A DNA stretch of 20,577 bases from Gemmatimonadaceae bacterium (GCA_033763905.1 JANRJP010000142.1:1-20577), one strand, 5' to 3'; positions 1 through 9,260 are shown, numbered from the stretch's first letter. Notes: generated by a model from the letters alone, not told the origin. A program made the numbers and translations.

Positions 1-2
1 AT

Positions 3-1802
3 GCCGCCGCGACCGCCGGTGCCACGGTGCTCGCCCGCACCGAAGCATCGACGGCCACCGCCGCCGCGCACGCGTTTGCTGCGGGGCTCGACGTGATCTT
101 TCAGTCGTCGTACCCCGAGCATCGCCCGTATCTGCAGGCCATCCGCGACGGCGTGGTGCCCGAGGCCACGCTCGATTCCGCCGTGCTACGCGTGTTGCGG
201 CTCAAGTTCGCACTCGGGCTTTTTGACGAAAGTCCGATCTCGCCAGACAGCGCCGCTGCAGCGGCGAACGATCCGGCGCATCGGCAACTGGCTCGCGAGG
301 CCGCCACCGCATCGGTGGTGCTTCTGCGCAATGCCTCGCGCCGCGGACGCACGGTCGATTCGCTGGCCCCGCGAACGCTGCCCTTTGCCGCGGGCACGCG
401 ACGCATCGCCGTCATCGGCCCCGACGCCGACACGGTACGTCTGGGCGGGTACTCGGGTCCGGGTGTTGACCCGGTCTCGATTGCTGCGGCCATTCGTGCG
501 CGAGCGGGCCGCGGCGCGCAGGTGCGTGTCGTCCGCGGCGCGAGTCGAGCCATACATACGCACCGCGTGGTGCCGGCGACGCTCTTGGAGTCAGTGATCG
601 ACGGCCGACGGCAGACTGGACTGCAGGCGAGCTATTGGGACAACCCGTGGCTCCAAGGCGAGCCGCGCGTACGACGCGTCGACGCGACGATCGACTTCCG
701 CTGGACGCTGGGCTCCCCCGCGCGCGAACTGCCGTACGACTGGTACTCGGCGCGCTGGACGGGCACGTTGATCGTGCCGCCAGAAGGCATCACCCGACTC
801 GGCGTCGACGGCAACGACGGCGTGCGCATCTGGCTGGATGGGACGCTGGTGCTGGACGCGTGGGAGAAGCGGTCCGCTGGCGTGCAACTCGCTGCGGTGC
901 GGCTTGCCGCCGGTACGCGGCACGAGCTCAAGGTGGAATACACCGAACGCACCGGCAATGCGCGGGTATCGCTGGTGTACGATGCCCCTCGCGTACCGTC
1001 GCCGGACGCCGAGATCGCCGCCGCCGTCGCCGCCGCACGCGCGAGTGAAGCGGCGGTCCTTGTCGTGGGCATCGAAGAAGGCGAGTTCCGCGATCGGGCG
1101 CGTCTGTCGTTGCCCGGACACCAGGAAGCGCTGATTCGCGCCGTCGCGGCCACCGGCACGCCGACGACCGTGGTCATTGTGGGCGGCAGCGCCGTGACGA
1201 TGTCGCGATGGATCGACAGCGTCGGCGCCGTGCTGATGGCGTGGTACCCCGGCGAAGATGGCGGCCCCGCGATTGCGGGCCTGCTCTTCGGCGACGCGTC
1301 ACCCTCGGGCCGATTGCCGATCACCTTCCCGCTCGAAGAAGGGCAACTGCCGCTGACCTACGACCACAAGCCCACCGGACGGGGAGACGACTACGTGGAC
1401 CTCACCGGGCAGCCGCTGTTTCCGTTTGGCTACGGGCTGAGCTACACGCAATTCGCGTACGACCAACTGCGCATCACGACGACCGGCCGTGGCGACTCGA
1501 CCCGCGTCACCGTGCGGGCGCGTGTGCGCAACACCGGCACGCGGGCAGGCAAGGAAGTCGTGCAACTGTACCTGCGCGACGTGCTCACCAGCGTGGCCCA
1601 GCCGCTGATTGCCCTCAAGGGTGTGGCTCCGGTCACGCTGTCGCCGGGAGAAGCCACCGACGTGACGTTCGTCCTGACTGCCGAGCACCTGCGGCTGCTG
1701 GATGCGTCGATGCACTGGGTGGTGGAGCGCGGCGAGTTTCGAGTGATGGTGGGTGCCTCCTCGCGCGACATTCGTTTGCGCGACACGTTTGTGGTCCAAT
1801 GA
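3..1802 (+). CDS. GH3 glycoside hydrolase (beta-glucosidase/xylosidase-like) with PA14 insert and C-terminal Fn3-like domain; 5'-truncated by the window edge
   Basis: The frame is open from base 3 (AAATAGATVL...AGLDVIF, the segment that follows the GH3 nucleophile Asp). GH3 C-domain motifs SVVLLRN, IAVIGPDA, EGEFRDR, AWYPGEDGG, SPSGRLPITFP and PLFPFGYGLSYT are present. PA14 motif YSARWTG..DGNDGVRIWLDG; Fn3-like EVVQLYLRD..VGASSRDIR. Stop TGA at 1800-1802. Confidence 0.95.
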   Translation, partial: AAATAGATVLARTEASTATAAAHAFAAGLDVIFQSSYPEHRPYLQAIRDGVVPEATLDSAVLRVLRLKFALGLFDESPISPDSAAAAANDPAHRQLAREAATASVVLLRNASRRGRTVDSLAPRTLPFAAGTRRIAVIGPDADTVRLGGYSGPGVDPVSIAAAIRARAGRGAQVRVVRGASRAIHTHRVVPATLLESVIDGRRQTGLQASYWDNPWLQGEPRVRRVDATIDFRWTLGSPARELPYDWYSARWTGTLIVPPEGITRLGVDGNDGVRIWLDGTLVLDAWEKRSAGVQLAAVRLAAGTRHELKVEYTERTGNARVSLVYDAPRVPSPDAEIAAAVAAARASEAAVLVVGIEEGEFRDRARLSLPGHQEALIRAVAATGTPTTVVIVGGSAVTMSRWIDSVGAVLMAWYPGEDGGPAIAGLLFGDASPSGRLPITFPLEEGQLPLTYDHKPTGRGDDYVDLTGQPLFPFGYGLSYTQFAYDQLRITTTGRGDSTRVTVRARVRNTGTRAGKEVVQLYLRDVLTSVAQPLIALKGVAPVTLSPGEATDVTFVLTAEHLRLLDASMHWVVERGEFRVMVGASSRDIRLRDTFVVQ

Positions 1803-3193
1803 CGATCGATCGACGTACTCTGCTCCAAGCGGCGGCGGCGGCCGCTCTGATGGGCATTCCACGCCGCAGCGTTGCGGCGGCACTTGCGCGGTCTGCACCC
1901 GCGCCTGCTGCGGCAGATCGCCCGCGCCCGACACCCGCGCAGTTGCAATGGCAGCGGGACGAACTCGCGCTTTTCGTGCACTTCGGTGTGAACACCTTCA
2001 CCGATCGCGAGTGGGGGGACGGCACCGAGAGTCCGACGCTGTTCAACCCGACCGCGCTCGATGCGCGGCAGTGGGCGCGCACCGCCAAGGCGGCGGGCTT
2101 CCGGATGCTGATCCTGACCGCCAAGCACCACGACGGCTTCTGCCTGTGGCCCACGAGGACCACGCGCCACTCGGTGGCGTCGAGTCCGTGGCGCGGGGGC
2201 CAGGGCGACGTGGTGCGCGAGTTCACCGATGCGTGTCGCGCCGAAGGACTGCGGGCGGGACTGTATCTGTCGCCGTGGGACCGCAATCATCCGACCTACG
2301 GCGACACGCCGGCGTACAACGCGGTGTATCGCGAGCAGCTCACCGAGTTGCTGACGCAGTACGGCCGCATTGACGAAGTCTGGTTCGACGGAGCGAATGG
2401 CGAAGGCCCCAACGGCAAGCGCCAGACCTACGACTGGGACGCCACGTGGGGCCTCGTGCGGCAGTTGCAGCCGCAGGCGGTGATGTTCTCGGATGCCGGC
2501 CCTGATGTGCGATGGATCGGCAACGAGTCGGGTGTGGCTGGCACCACGAACTGGTCCACGGTGGATCCGCGCATCGTCACGCGCCCGGGAATGGAAGGCG
2601 CCGAGGTGATGCGCTCGCTCACGAGCGGAGATCGCGAGGGCAGCGTATGGCGTCCCGGTGAGACGGACGTGTCGATTCGGCCGGGCTGGTTCTACCACCC
2701 GGCGGAGGACCGCGCGGTGCGCACCGCCGAACAGCTCGTGCAGCTGTACTTCACCAGCGTGGGCCGCAACTCGAAGCTGCTGTTGAATGTGCCGCCGGAT
2801 CGGCGGGGGCTCTTCGCGGAGGCCGACGTGGCGTCGCTGGTCGGGATGCGCTCGGCGCTGAACGCACTGTTCGCCGACGATCTCGCGCGCGGCGCGCGAC
2901 GCGTAGTGCGCCGCACTGGCACCACGGTCACGATGGAGTACACGTTGCGCCGATCGGCCACGGTGGGGCTCGTGGATCTGCGCGAGTCGACTGCCGATGG
3001 CCAGCGGGTGGCCGGCTACACGCTGGAGTCGTGGGACGGCAGTGCGTGGCGGCCAATCGCGAGCGGCACGACGATCGGATACTCGCGACTCGAGCGCGTG
3101 ACGCCGGTCGAGACGTCGCGCCTTCGGGTGGTGATCACCGATTCGGTGGAGCCGGCGTTGCCGCTGACGCTGCGCTGCTTCCGCGGCGCGTAA
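1799..3193 (+). CDS. GH29 alpha-L-fucosidase (GH29B-like) with Tat signal peptide and C-terminal F5/8 type C-like domain, 464 aa
   Basis: ATG 1799 overlaps the GH3 stop (ATGA). N-terminus MTIDRRTLLQAAAAAALMG is a twin-arginine signal. Motifs FVHFGVNTF, LTAKHHDGFCLWP, YLSPWD, EVWFDGA (nucleophile), RWIGNESG, WRPGETDVSIRPGWF and SVGRNSKLLLNVPP. The ORF-track extension from 1208 overlaps GH3 and is not used. Confidence 0.95.
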   Translation: MTIDRRTLLQAAAAAALMGIPRRSVAAALARSAPAPAAADRPRPTPAQLQWQRDELALFVHFGVNTFTDREWGDGTESPTLFNPTALDARQWARTAKAAGFRMLILTAKHHDGFCLWPTRTTRHSVASSPWRGGQGDVVREFTDACRAEGLRAGLYLSPWDRNHPTYGDTPAYNAVYREQLTELLTQYGRIDEVWFDGANGEGPNGKRQTYDWDATWGLVRQLQPQAVMFSDAGPDVRWIGNESGVAGTTNWSTVDPRIVTRPGMEGAEVMRSLTSGDREGSVWRPGETDVSIRPGWFYHPAEDRAVRTAEQLVQLYFTSVGRNSKLLLNVPPDRRGLFAEADVASLVGMRSALNALFADDLARGARRVVRRTGTTVTMEYTLRRSATVGLVDLRESTADGQRVAGYTLESWDGSAWRPIASGTTIGYSRLERVTPVETSRLRVVITDSVEPALPLTLRCFRGA

Positions 3194-3220
3194 GTTTCGG
3201 CTTCCCTTTCCGGTCACCTG

Positions 3221-4240
3221 ATGCCCCGCCCTGCCAGCCCGCTTCGCGGTCCCGCGCTCGACGCGTCGTTGCCGATCAGCGTGTCCGACGTGCGCGCCGC
3301 CGCGGCGCGCATTGCCCCGTACATCGACACCACACCAACGCCCGCGCGTCGCTACCCGGCGCTCGATCGACTGGTCGGCCACGGCATTTCGGTGGTGGTG
3401 AAGCACGAGCATATGCTGCCGACCGGCGCCTTCAAGGTGCGCAACGGGCTGTCGGCCGTCACGGCACTGTCGCCCGAGGCGCGAGCGCGCGGCATCGTCG
3501 GCGCGAGCACCGGCAACCACGGGCTCGGGCTGGCCTACGCAGGGGCGCAGCTTGGCTGCGCCGTCACCATCTGCGTGCCGCAGGGGAACAACCCGGCGAA
3601 GAACGCCGCCATTCGCGACTTGGGCGCGACGCTGCACGAAGAAGGCAGCACCTACGACGACGCGATTCTCGCCGCGCAGCGGCTGGTGGCCGAGCGTGGC
3701 GCCACGATGGTACACGGCGTGAACGATCCTGCGGTGATTGCCGGCGCGGGTACGCTGACGTTGGAGCTGCTTGCGCAGGATCCCGCGATCGACACGCTGA
3801 TGATCGCGATCGGCGGTGGCTCGCAGGCGGTGGGGGCACTGGCGGTGGCCAACGGCCTTGGCGTGCCGCTCTCGGTGATCGGCGTCGCCAGCACCGGCGC
3901 GCCCACGCAGCACGATGCGTGGCATGCGGGCGAGCGTGTCCCACCCAACCAACCGGTGACGACCTTTGCCGAGGGCATCGCCACGCGCGCGACGTACGAC
4001 CTGACGTGGCCGGCGTTGCGGGATGGACTCAGCGATTTCGTGGCGCTGCCCGACGACGCCATTGTGGCCGGGATGCGCGCGTTGCTGTCGGTGACGCGTC
4101 AGTTGCCCGAAGGCGCGGCGGGCGCGGGGCTGGCGGGCCTCTTGGCGCTGGCGCCGCAGCTCGCGGGACGGCGCGTCGGTGTGGTGTTCTGTGGCGGAAA
4201 CGCCGACGACGCGGCGATTCGCCGCGTCATCGGGTCCTGA
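3221..4240 (+). CDS. PLP-dependent threonine/serine dehydratase family protein (fold type II, no ACT regulatory domain)
   Basis: VKHEHMLPTGAFKVRNG (PLP Lys), ASTGNHG, IGGGS phosphate loop, TFAEGIA, EGAAGAG and terminal CGGN. At 339 aa it is the short form. The exact start is uncertain. Confidence 0.9.
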   Translation: MPRPASPLRGPALDASLPISVSDVRAAAARIAPYIDTTPTPARRYPALDRLVGHGISVVVKHEHMLPTGAFKVRNGLSAVTALSPEARARGIVGASTGNHGLGLAYAGAQLGCAVTICVPQGNNPAKNAAIRDLGATLHEEGSTYDDAILAAQRLVAERGATMVHGVNDPAVIAGAGTLTLELLAQDPAIDTLMIAIGGGSQAVGALAVANGLGVPLSVIGVASTGAPTQHDAWHAGERVPPNQPVTTFAEGIATRATYDLTWPALRDGLSDFVALPDDAIVAGMRALLSVTRQLPEGAAGAGLAGLLALAPQLAGRRVGVVFCGGNADDAAIRRVIGS

Positions 4241-4242
4241 GG

Positions 4243-4302
4243 CTCGGGCCGCTGGTGCCGCGGTCCGAGGGTGGTCCCGGGCCGCTGTGCGTGCGGCCCG
4301 GG
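4243..4302. repeat. Tandem pair of related GC-rich hairpins (REP-like or bidirectional terminator-like) between convergent genes
   Basis: CTCGGGCCGC-TGGTGCC-GCGGTCCGAG at 4243-4269 (9/10 Watson-Crick plus one G-T) and CCCGGGCCGC-TGTGCGT-GCGGCCCGGG at 4276-4302 (perfect 10 bp). Both have 7-nt loops and share CGGGCCGCTG. No U-tract. Confidence 0.6.
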
Positions 4303-4315
4303 CGGTCTCGCAGAC

Positions 4316-7300
4316 TTACTTCGTTCCGCCCTGCGTGATGCCGCTCGCCGGCTTCGGCACCTCGTAGGCCCAGGGCTGCTTCGCGAGCTTCTGCTGACGC
4401 GGCCACTGTTCGTCGAGCGTGTTCGCGTCGTACAACCGCCCGTTCATCATCACGTGCGAGATGGTGTTCGAGTTGCGGATGTTCACGAGCGGATCTTTGT
4501 CGAGCACCAGCAGGTCGGCCATCTTGCCCGGCTCGAGCGAGCCCAGGTCGGTGGCCATTCCAATGGCTTCCGCGCCAACGATCGTCGCCGCCTTGAGCGC
4601 ATCGTGTGTCGAGAGTCCGCCGCTCTGAATGAGCCAGAGCTCCCAGTGCATCCCGAGCCCCTGCAACTGCCCGTGTGAGCCGACGCCGATCTTGCCGCCG
4701 GCCGCCACGGTCTTGGCGATGTCTTCGGCGTGCTGCCACATCGCGTACTCTTCCTTCACCGCAAAGCCCGCCGGTCCGGGGGCGTTGCCCGCGCCACGTC
4801 GACGGACCTTGGTATCGATGTCGACCGGGTGCGTGAAGTAGCGCAGCTTCTTGTCGCTAAGCAGGTCTTCGCTCTGATAGAACCAGCCTTCACCGAAGGG
4901 ACCGCCGTACTCAACGACGAGGGTCGGCGAGTTGTAGGTCTGCGTGGCCTTGTACCACTGAAACACGTCCTCGTACTTCGGCGTGATCGGCAACGTGTGC
5001 TCGATACCGGGATAGCCGTCGACACCGTGGGTCATATTGAGTTTCTGATCCAATCCGCCTTCGGTCGTCGGCATAATGCCGAGTTCCTTCGCGGCCATAA
5101 TGATCCACTGCCGCTGCTGGCGATTGCCGCTCATATACATCTTGAGCGTCTTAGTGTCGTAGTACTTGGCGTAACGCGACAGGATCTGCTTCGCGTGCTC
5201 GAGGTCGCGCACCGGTTCACCCGAGAACACGCCGGGGCCGGTGGTGTAGATGCGCGGCCCGATCATATCGCCCGTCGCCACGCGATCCCCGTACGTCAGG
5301 AAGTCGGTTGTCGCCGTCTGCGGATCCCGCGTCGTGGTCGTGCCATACGCGAGCGTCGCGAGGTACTGCCAGGTCTGCGTGTTGTGGATCTGCGGCGTGA
5401 GCCATTGCGGGTGATAGTGGGTGTCCACCATCCCCGGCATAATGACCTTGCCCTTTACGTCGATTTCCTTCGCCCCCGCGGGAATCGCGACCTTGCCGCG
5501 CGGCCCGATGGCGGTAATGCGATTGTTGGTGACGACGATGTCGGCGTTCTCGATGATCTCGTTGCCCTTCATCGTGATCGCCTTGGCCCCGCGGAGCACG
5601 ACGACGCCCTTGGGAGCATCACGCGTGACCGTCACCGCCACGCGCATCTCGTCCGGCTTGTAGCCCGGCTTGGGACGCGGCTTGCCGGCCGCCGAGTCGG
5701 CCTTGGCCTGCGCCTTGTCCACCGAATCGGCCTTCGCGAGCGAATCCTTCTTTGCCGGGTCCTTGCGGAGTTCGGCCTTGAGCTTGGCATCGGCCTTGAG
5801 CGAGTCACTCACGACCTTGGCGCGGTCCAGATCGTACGTCCACACGGCGTTGCCGAGTGCCCAGTGCACCTTCTTGCCATCGCCGGACCAGGCGGGGAAC
5901 TCGCCACCGATCTCGTTGAGCTTGCGCACCGGCACCGGGGCGGCGTCAGGTGCCGCCACCGACACCGTCGGCGCGTTGGCGCCGGTCTGCGGCACCGTGA
6001 TGGTGTAGAAGTCCATCCCGACCATCGCGAGCGCCGTCTCCCCCGTGGGCCCCATCAGGACGAGCGAGGCCGGCGGCGGCTGCGGCGGCGCCGGTTCGGT
6101 GGGATCCAAATGCGTCGGGTGTCCTTCGTGCGCGGGCATTTCGGGGCGCATTCCGCGACCGCCGATCCAGCGCTGGCCAGCCTGTGCATCGAGGCCGGCA
6201 TCGAGCGTCATCGGCACGCCGGCAACGCCACCCGCCCCCGGCGGCAACGGACCAGTCACGCGCAGGTGCGTCTTGATGTCCGTACCATCCCAGCGGAACG
6301 ACACCAGCCCATCACGCCCGTACGCAAAAATGCGCTCGGCGGAGTTGGTGAAGTGCGGGTTCCCCATCCCGCTGGTCGGCATAATCGTCGCGAGCGCGCC
6401 ACCGTTGGCAGGCACCGCCACGAACTCCGACGCCGCCGGACCAAAGAAGGCCGCGCCAGCTTCCTGCAGCTCACGCGCCGCGGCGCGAACCGCCACGATG
6501 CGATCACCCGCCGGCGACCACGCGAGGTCGGAGTACAAGCCCTTCGGTGAAATCGCGCGCGTTGTCCACGCGCCACGCGCGCCGGAGGTGGCGCGCACGA
6601 TCTCGCCTCCCGACGCATCCGCCCACGTCGTGTACGCCAGCGACTTGCCGTCAGGTGACCACACGGGACCAAACTCGCCGACGTTCGCCGAGCTCACGCG
6701 ACGGGCCGTGCCGTTCGGCCAATCCATCACGTAGATGCGATCGAGCGCCGAGAAGGCGAGCTTCGTGCCGTCGGGCGATGGCGAGATATCGCGCACCTGC
6801 TTTGCCGTGAACGTGCCCGCGGTGTCCACGCGATACGCGAACTTCACCTCGGGGCCCATCTCGAGCTTCACTTCGGCTTCGAACGGAATCTTGGTCGCGG
6901 GCGACTTGTCGACCGGCACACGCCAGATCTCGCCACCGTAGCTCACGATGATCGCCTTGCTGTCGGGCGTGAACGCGAAGCCCGGATACGCGTCGAGCGG
7001 CGCGCGGGATTCGGTTTCGTCGCGCTGCACCGGGAAGGCAAGCCAGTCTTCGTCCTGCGTCTCGAGATTGCGAATGCGGAGCCCGGTCTTGGTCTCGAAG
7101 CGTCCCGCGTAGACCAGCCACTTGCCGTCGGCCGAGAGGGTCGGGCGAAAGGCCGAGTTCTGGCGGCGCGTCATCTGCGACAGGCGACCGGTTTCGCGAT
7201 CCCACACGTGCAGCTGGTACTGCGGCCCCAGGGCGTTGTACTGCCAGTCGCCCGTTCGCGCGGCAAACCACAGGTAGCGCGGATCCTTACCGTAGGCGGC

Positions 7301-7864
7301 ACCCATCATCTTGAGCGCGGGAGGCACGGCCGGTTGCGTGCTGAGCGGCACCCCGCGTCCGCCGTCGACGTGGTACATCCACAGCTTGGCCACACCGAAG
7401 GTGCCACCGGAGCGCGAGACCACGATGTACTTGCCATCGGGCGAGTACGTCGGCGAGACGTACATATTCACGTTGCCTGTCGTGACCGCAGTGGTGTCGC
7501 TACCGTCGGCGTTCATCGTCCACACGTTCTCGCCGCCGGAGCGATCCGAAATGAAGACGATGCGCTTGCCATCGGGCGAAAAGCGCGGCTGCGCATCGTA
7601 TCCGAGCCCGCTGGTGAGTCGCGTCGCCTTGCCGCCGGCGATCGGCATCTTGTAGAGGTCACCCAGCAGATCGAACACGATCGACTGGCCGTCGGGGCTC
7701 ACGTCGAGCGAGATCCACGTGCCCTTGGTTGTCGTAAAGGTGTGGCTGCGGGTGGCCTTGAGCGGCAGGCCGGCATTGGCACCAGGGCCGCCGGCCGGTT
7801 GTGCGGCCAGCGGCACTGCGGCCGCAAAGGCCAGCGCCGCGGCGAAGCGGAACGATCGCATCAT
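4316..7864 (-). CDS. Secreted amidohydrolase-family protein with N-terminal TolB/PD40-like beta-propeller repeats, 1182 aa
   Basis: Sec signal MMRSFRFAAALAFAAAVPLAA. Repeated SPDG/SADG units (DVSPDGQ, PRFSPDGK, PTYSPDGK, ISPSPDGT, PVWSPDGK). Amidohydrolase motifs IMPGMVDTHYH, YGTTTTRDP, GPRIYTTG, GIEH and LGSLEPGKMADLLVLDKDPL. GGAG Shine-Dalgarno on the minus strand at 7872-7875. Confidence 0.93.
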   Translation of the reverse strand: MMRSFRFAAALAFAAAVPLAAQPAGGPGANAGLPLKATRSHTFTTTKGTWISLDVSPDGQSIVFDLLGDLYKMPIAGGKATRLTSGLGYDAQPRFSPDGKRIVFISDRSGGENVWTMNADGSDTTAVTTGNVNMYVSPTYSPDGKYIVVSRSGGTFGVAKLWMYHVDGGRGVPLSTQPAVPPALKMMGAAYGKDPRYLWFAARTGDWQYNALGPQYQLHVWDRETGRLSQMTRRQNSAFRPTLSADGKWLVYAGRFETKTGLRIRNLETQDEDWLAFPVQRDETESRAPLDAYPGFAFTPDSKAIIVSYGGEIWRVPVDKSPATKIPFEAEVKLEMGPEVKFAYRVDTAGTFTAKQVRDISPSPDGTKLAFSALDRIYVMDWPNGTARRVSSANVGEFGPVWSPDGKSLAYTTWADASGGEIVRATSGARGAWTTRAISPKGLYSDLAWSPAGDRIVAVRAAARELQEAGAAFFGPAASEFVAVPANGGALATIMPTSGMGNPHFTNSAERIFAYGRDGLVSFRWDGTDIKTHLRVTGPLPPGAGGVAGVPMTLDAGLDAQAGQRWIGGRGMRPEMPAHEGHPTHLDPTEPAPPQPPPASLVLMGPTGETALAMVGMDFYTITVPQTGANAPTVSVAAPDAAPVPVRKLNEIGGEFPAWSGDGKKVHWALGNAVWTYDLDRAKVVSDSLKADAKLKAELRKDPAKKDSLAKADSVDKAQAKADSAAGKPRPKPGYKPDEMRVAVTVTRDAPKGVVVLRGAKAITMKGNEIIENADIVVTNNRITAIGPRGKVAIPAGAKEIDVKGKVIMPGMVDTHYHPQWLTPQIHNTQTWQYLATLAYGTTTTRDPQTATTDFLTYGDRVATGDMIGPRIYTTGPGVFSGEPVRDLEHAKQILSRYAKYYDTKTLKMYMSGNRQQRQWIIMAAKELGIMPTTEGGLDQKLNMTHGVDGYPGIEHTLPITPKYEDVFQWYKATQTYNSPTLVVEYGGPFGEGWFYQSEDLLSDKKLRYFTHPVDIDTKVRRRGAGNAPGPAGFAVKEEYAMWQHAEDIAKTVAAGGKIGVGSHGQLQGLGMHWELWLIQSGGLSTHDALKAATIVGAEAIGMATDLGSLEPGKMADLLVLDKDPLVNIRNSNTISHVMMNGRLYDANTLDEQWPRQQKLAKQPWAYEVPKPASGITQGGTK

Positions 7865-8006
7865 CAGTCGACTCCGGAATGGCTGAAGGCCCAGTGGCGA
7901 GACGCCGCTGGGGGTCCCCCCAACTTGCGGCTGGGGACAGCGGCCCGATAGACGGCCCGGGACTAGCCGTAGCGAAGCGGCGGACTACCCCTCACCTTCT
8001 GGCGCT

Positions 8007-9236
8007 ATGCGCCCAATTGCCTCCCTTGCCCTGGCCGCCATCCTGGCGACCCCCGCCGCGTCTGCCGTCGGCCAAGCCGCTCCCGCCCTCGATCCAGCCC
8101 GCGCGGCGAAGATCGACCGCTGGGTCAACGATCTCATCACCCGCCAACGCATACCCGGCGCGACCGCGCTGGTCGTCCACGACGGCCGCGTGGTCTACGA
8201 GCGCGCGTGGGGCGTCCGCGATGTCGACAGCAAAGTTCCGCTCAAGCCGAACGACCTCTTTCGCATCGCGTCGCAGACCAAGGCCATCACCTCCGTTGCC
8301 GTGATGATGCTTTGGGAGGAAGGACGCTTCGGGCTCGACGAGCCGGTGGGCAACTACCTGCCGGCGTTCAAGGAGCACACGATTCTGACCAAGTTCAATC
8401 CGGCGGATTCGAGCTACGAAACCAAGCCCACGCGGCGCCGGATCACCATTCGACAACTGCTCACGCACACCTCGGGCCTCGACTACGCCGACATCGGCTC
8501 GGACGAGTTCAAGGCGATCTACGCCAAGGCAGGCATTACCGCGTGGGGCAAGGAAGGGGCGTCGCTCGCCGCCGACATCGACAAGCTAGCCACGCTGCCG
8601 CTCAAGCACGAACCGGGCGAACGATTCACCTATTCGCTGTCGATCGACGTTCTGGGCCGGCTCGTCGAGGTGGTCTCGGGGCAGACGCTGGAGCAGTTCT
8701 TCGCCGAGCGGATCTTCGGGCCACTCAAGATGACCGACACCTATTTCCGAGTGCCGGCCGAGAAGGCCTCGCGGTTGGTGGCGATGCATCAGGACACGGC
8801 GGGCACGCTGCGCGCGATGCGCGAACCGCGCGGCTGGGCGAACCCCAACTATCCGGTGCGACCGATGACGTATTTCTCGGGTGGCGCGGGACTCACCAGC
8901 ACCACGCGCGACTACGCGCGCTTCCTGCAGATGGTGCTCAATGGCGGGTCGCTGGACGGCGTGCGACTCCTGGGCCGCAAGACGGTCGAGATGATGCTCA
9001 CCAACCAGACGGGTACGCTCAACAACTTCGGGCTCGGCTTCGGGCTCGAGACGGCGCAGAATGATTTCCGTCAGCCGCTGTCGCTGGGCAGCTTCGAATG
9101 GGGCGGTGCGTTCCGCACCACGTACTGGGCTGATCCGAAGGAACGACTGGTGGCGTTGATCTACACCAACACCTTCGGCGGGACGCTGGACTTCGGCGGG
9201 CCGTTCAAGACCTTGGTGTACGCCGCCTTGCGCTGA
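8007..9236 (+). CDS. Serine hydrolase, beta-lactamase/class C-like family (esterase/peptidase), secreted
   Basis: Signal peptide; FRIASQTK (SxxK), ITIRQLLTHTSG, PGERFTYS (catalytic Tyr), GGAGLTST and WGG..T.YWADP. Confidence 0.93.
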   Translation: MRPIASLALAAILATPAASAVGQAAPALDPARAAKIDRWVNDLITRQRIPGATALVVHDGRVVYERAWGVRDVDSKVPLKPNDLFRIASQTKAITSVAVMMLWEEGRFGLDEPVGNYLPAFKEHTILTKFNPADSSYETKPTRRRITIRQLLTHTSGLDYADIGSDEFKAIYAKAGITAWGKEGASLAADIDKLATLPLKHEPGERFTYSLSIDVLGRLVEVVSGQTLEQFFAERIFGPLKMTDTYFRVPAEKASRLVAMHQDTAGTLRAMREPRGWANPNYPVRPMTYFSGGAGLTSTTRDYARFLQMVLNGGSLDGVRLLGRKTVEMMLTNQTGTLNNFGLGFGLETAQNDFRQPLSLGSFEWGGAFRTTYWADPKERLVALIYTNTFGGTLDFGGPFKTLVYAALR

Positions 9237-9260
9237 CGCGGGGAATTGCGACCATTCGGC

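Noticed and set aside
1208..1798. N-terminal extension of the fucosidase ORF suggesting a GH3-GH29 frameshift fusion
   Set aside because: A Tat signal begins exactly at ATG 1799, GH3 has a complete C-terminus, and no slippery site is evident.
1442..3952. 836-aa antisense ORF and other long shadow ORFs (4730-6550, 10602-12251, 3031-4338)
   Set aside because: They overlap well-supported genes, are Arg/Ala/Gly-rich with no family motifs, and are expected from stop-codon scarcity in high-GC coding DNA.
7890..7912. Small hairpin CCCAGTGGCG-AGA-CGCCGCTGGG in the divergent amidohydrolase/hydrolase spacer
   Set aside because: A short GC-rich stem with a 3-nt loop and no riboswitch or terminator features; plausible by chance.
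8007..9236. Antibiotic-resistance beta-lactamase (ampC)
   Set aside because: It has YSL instead of YxN and WGG instead of KTG, typical of esterase/peptidase members of the family.
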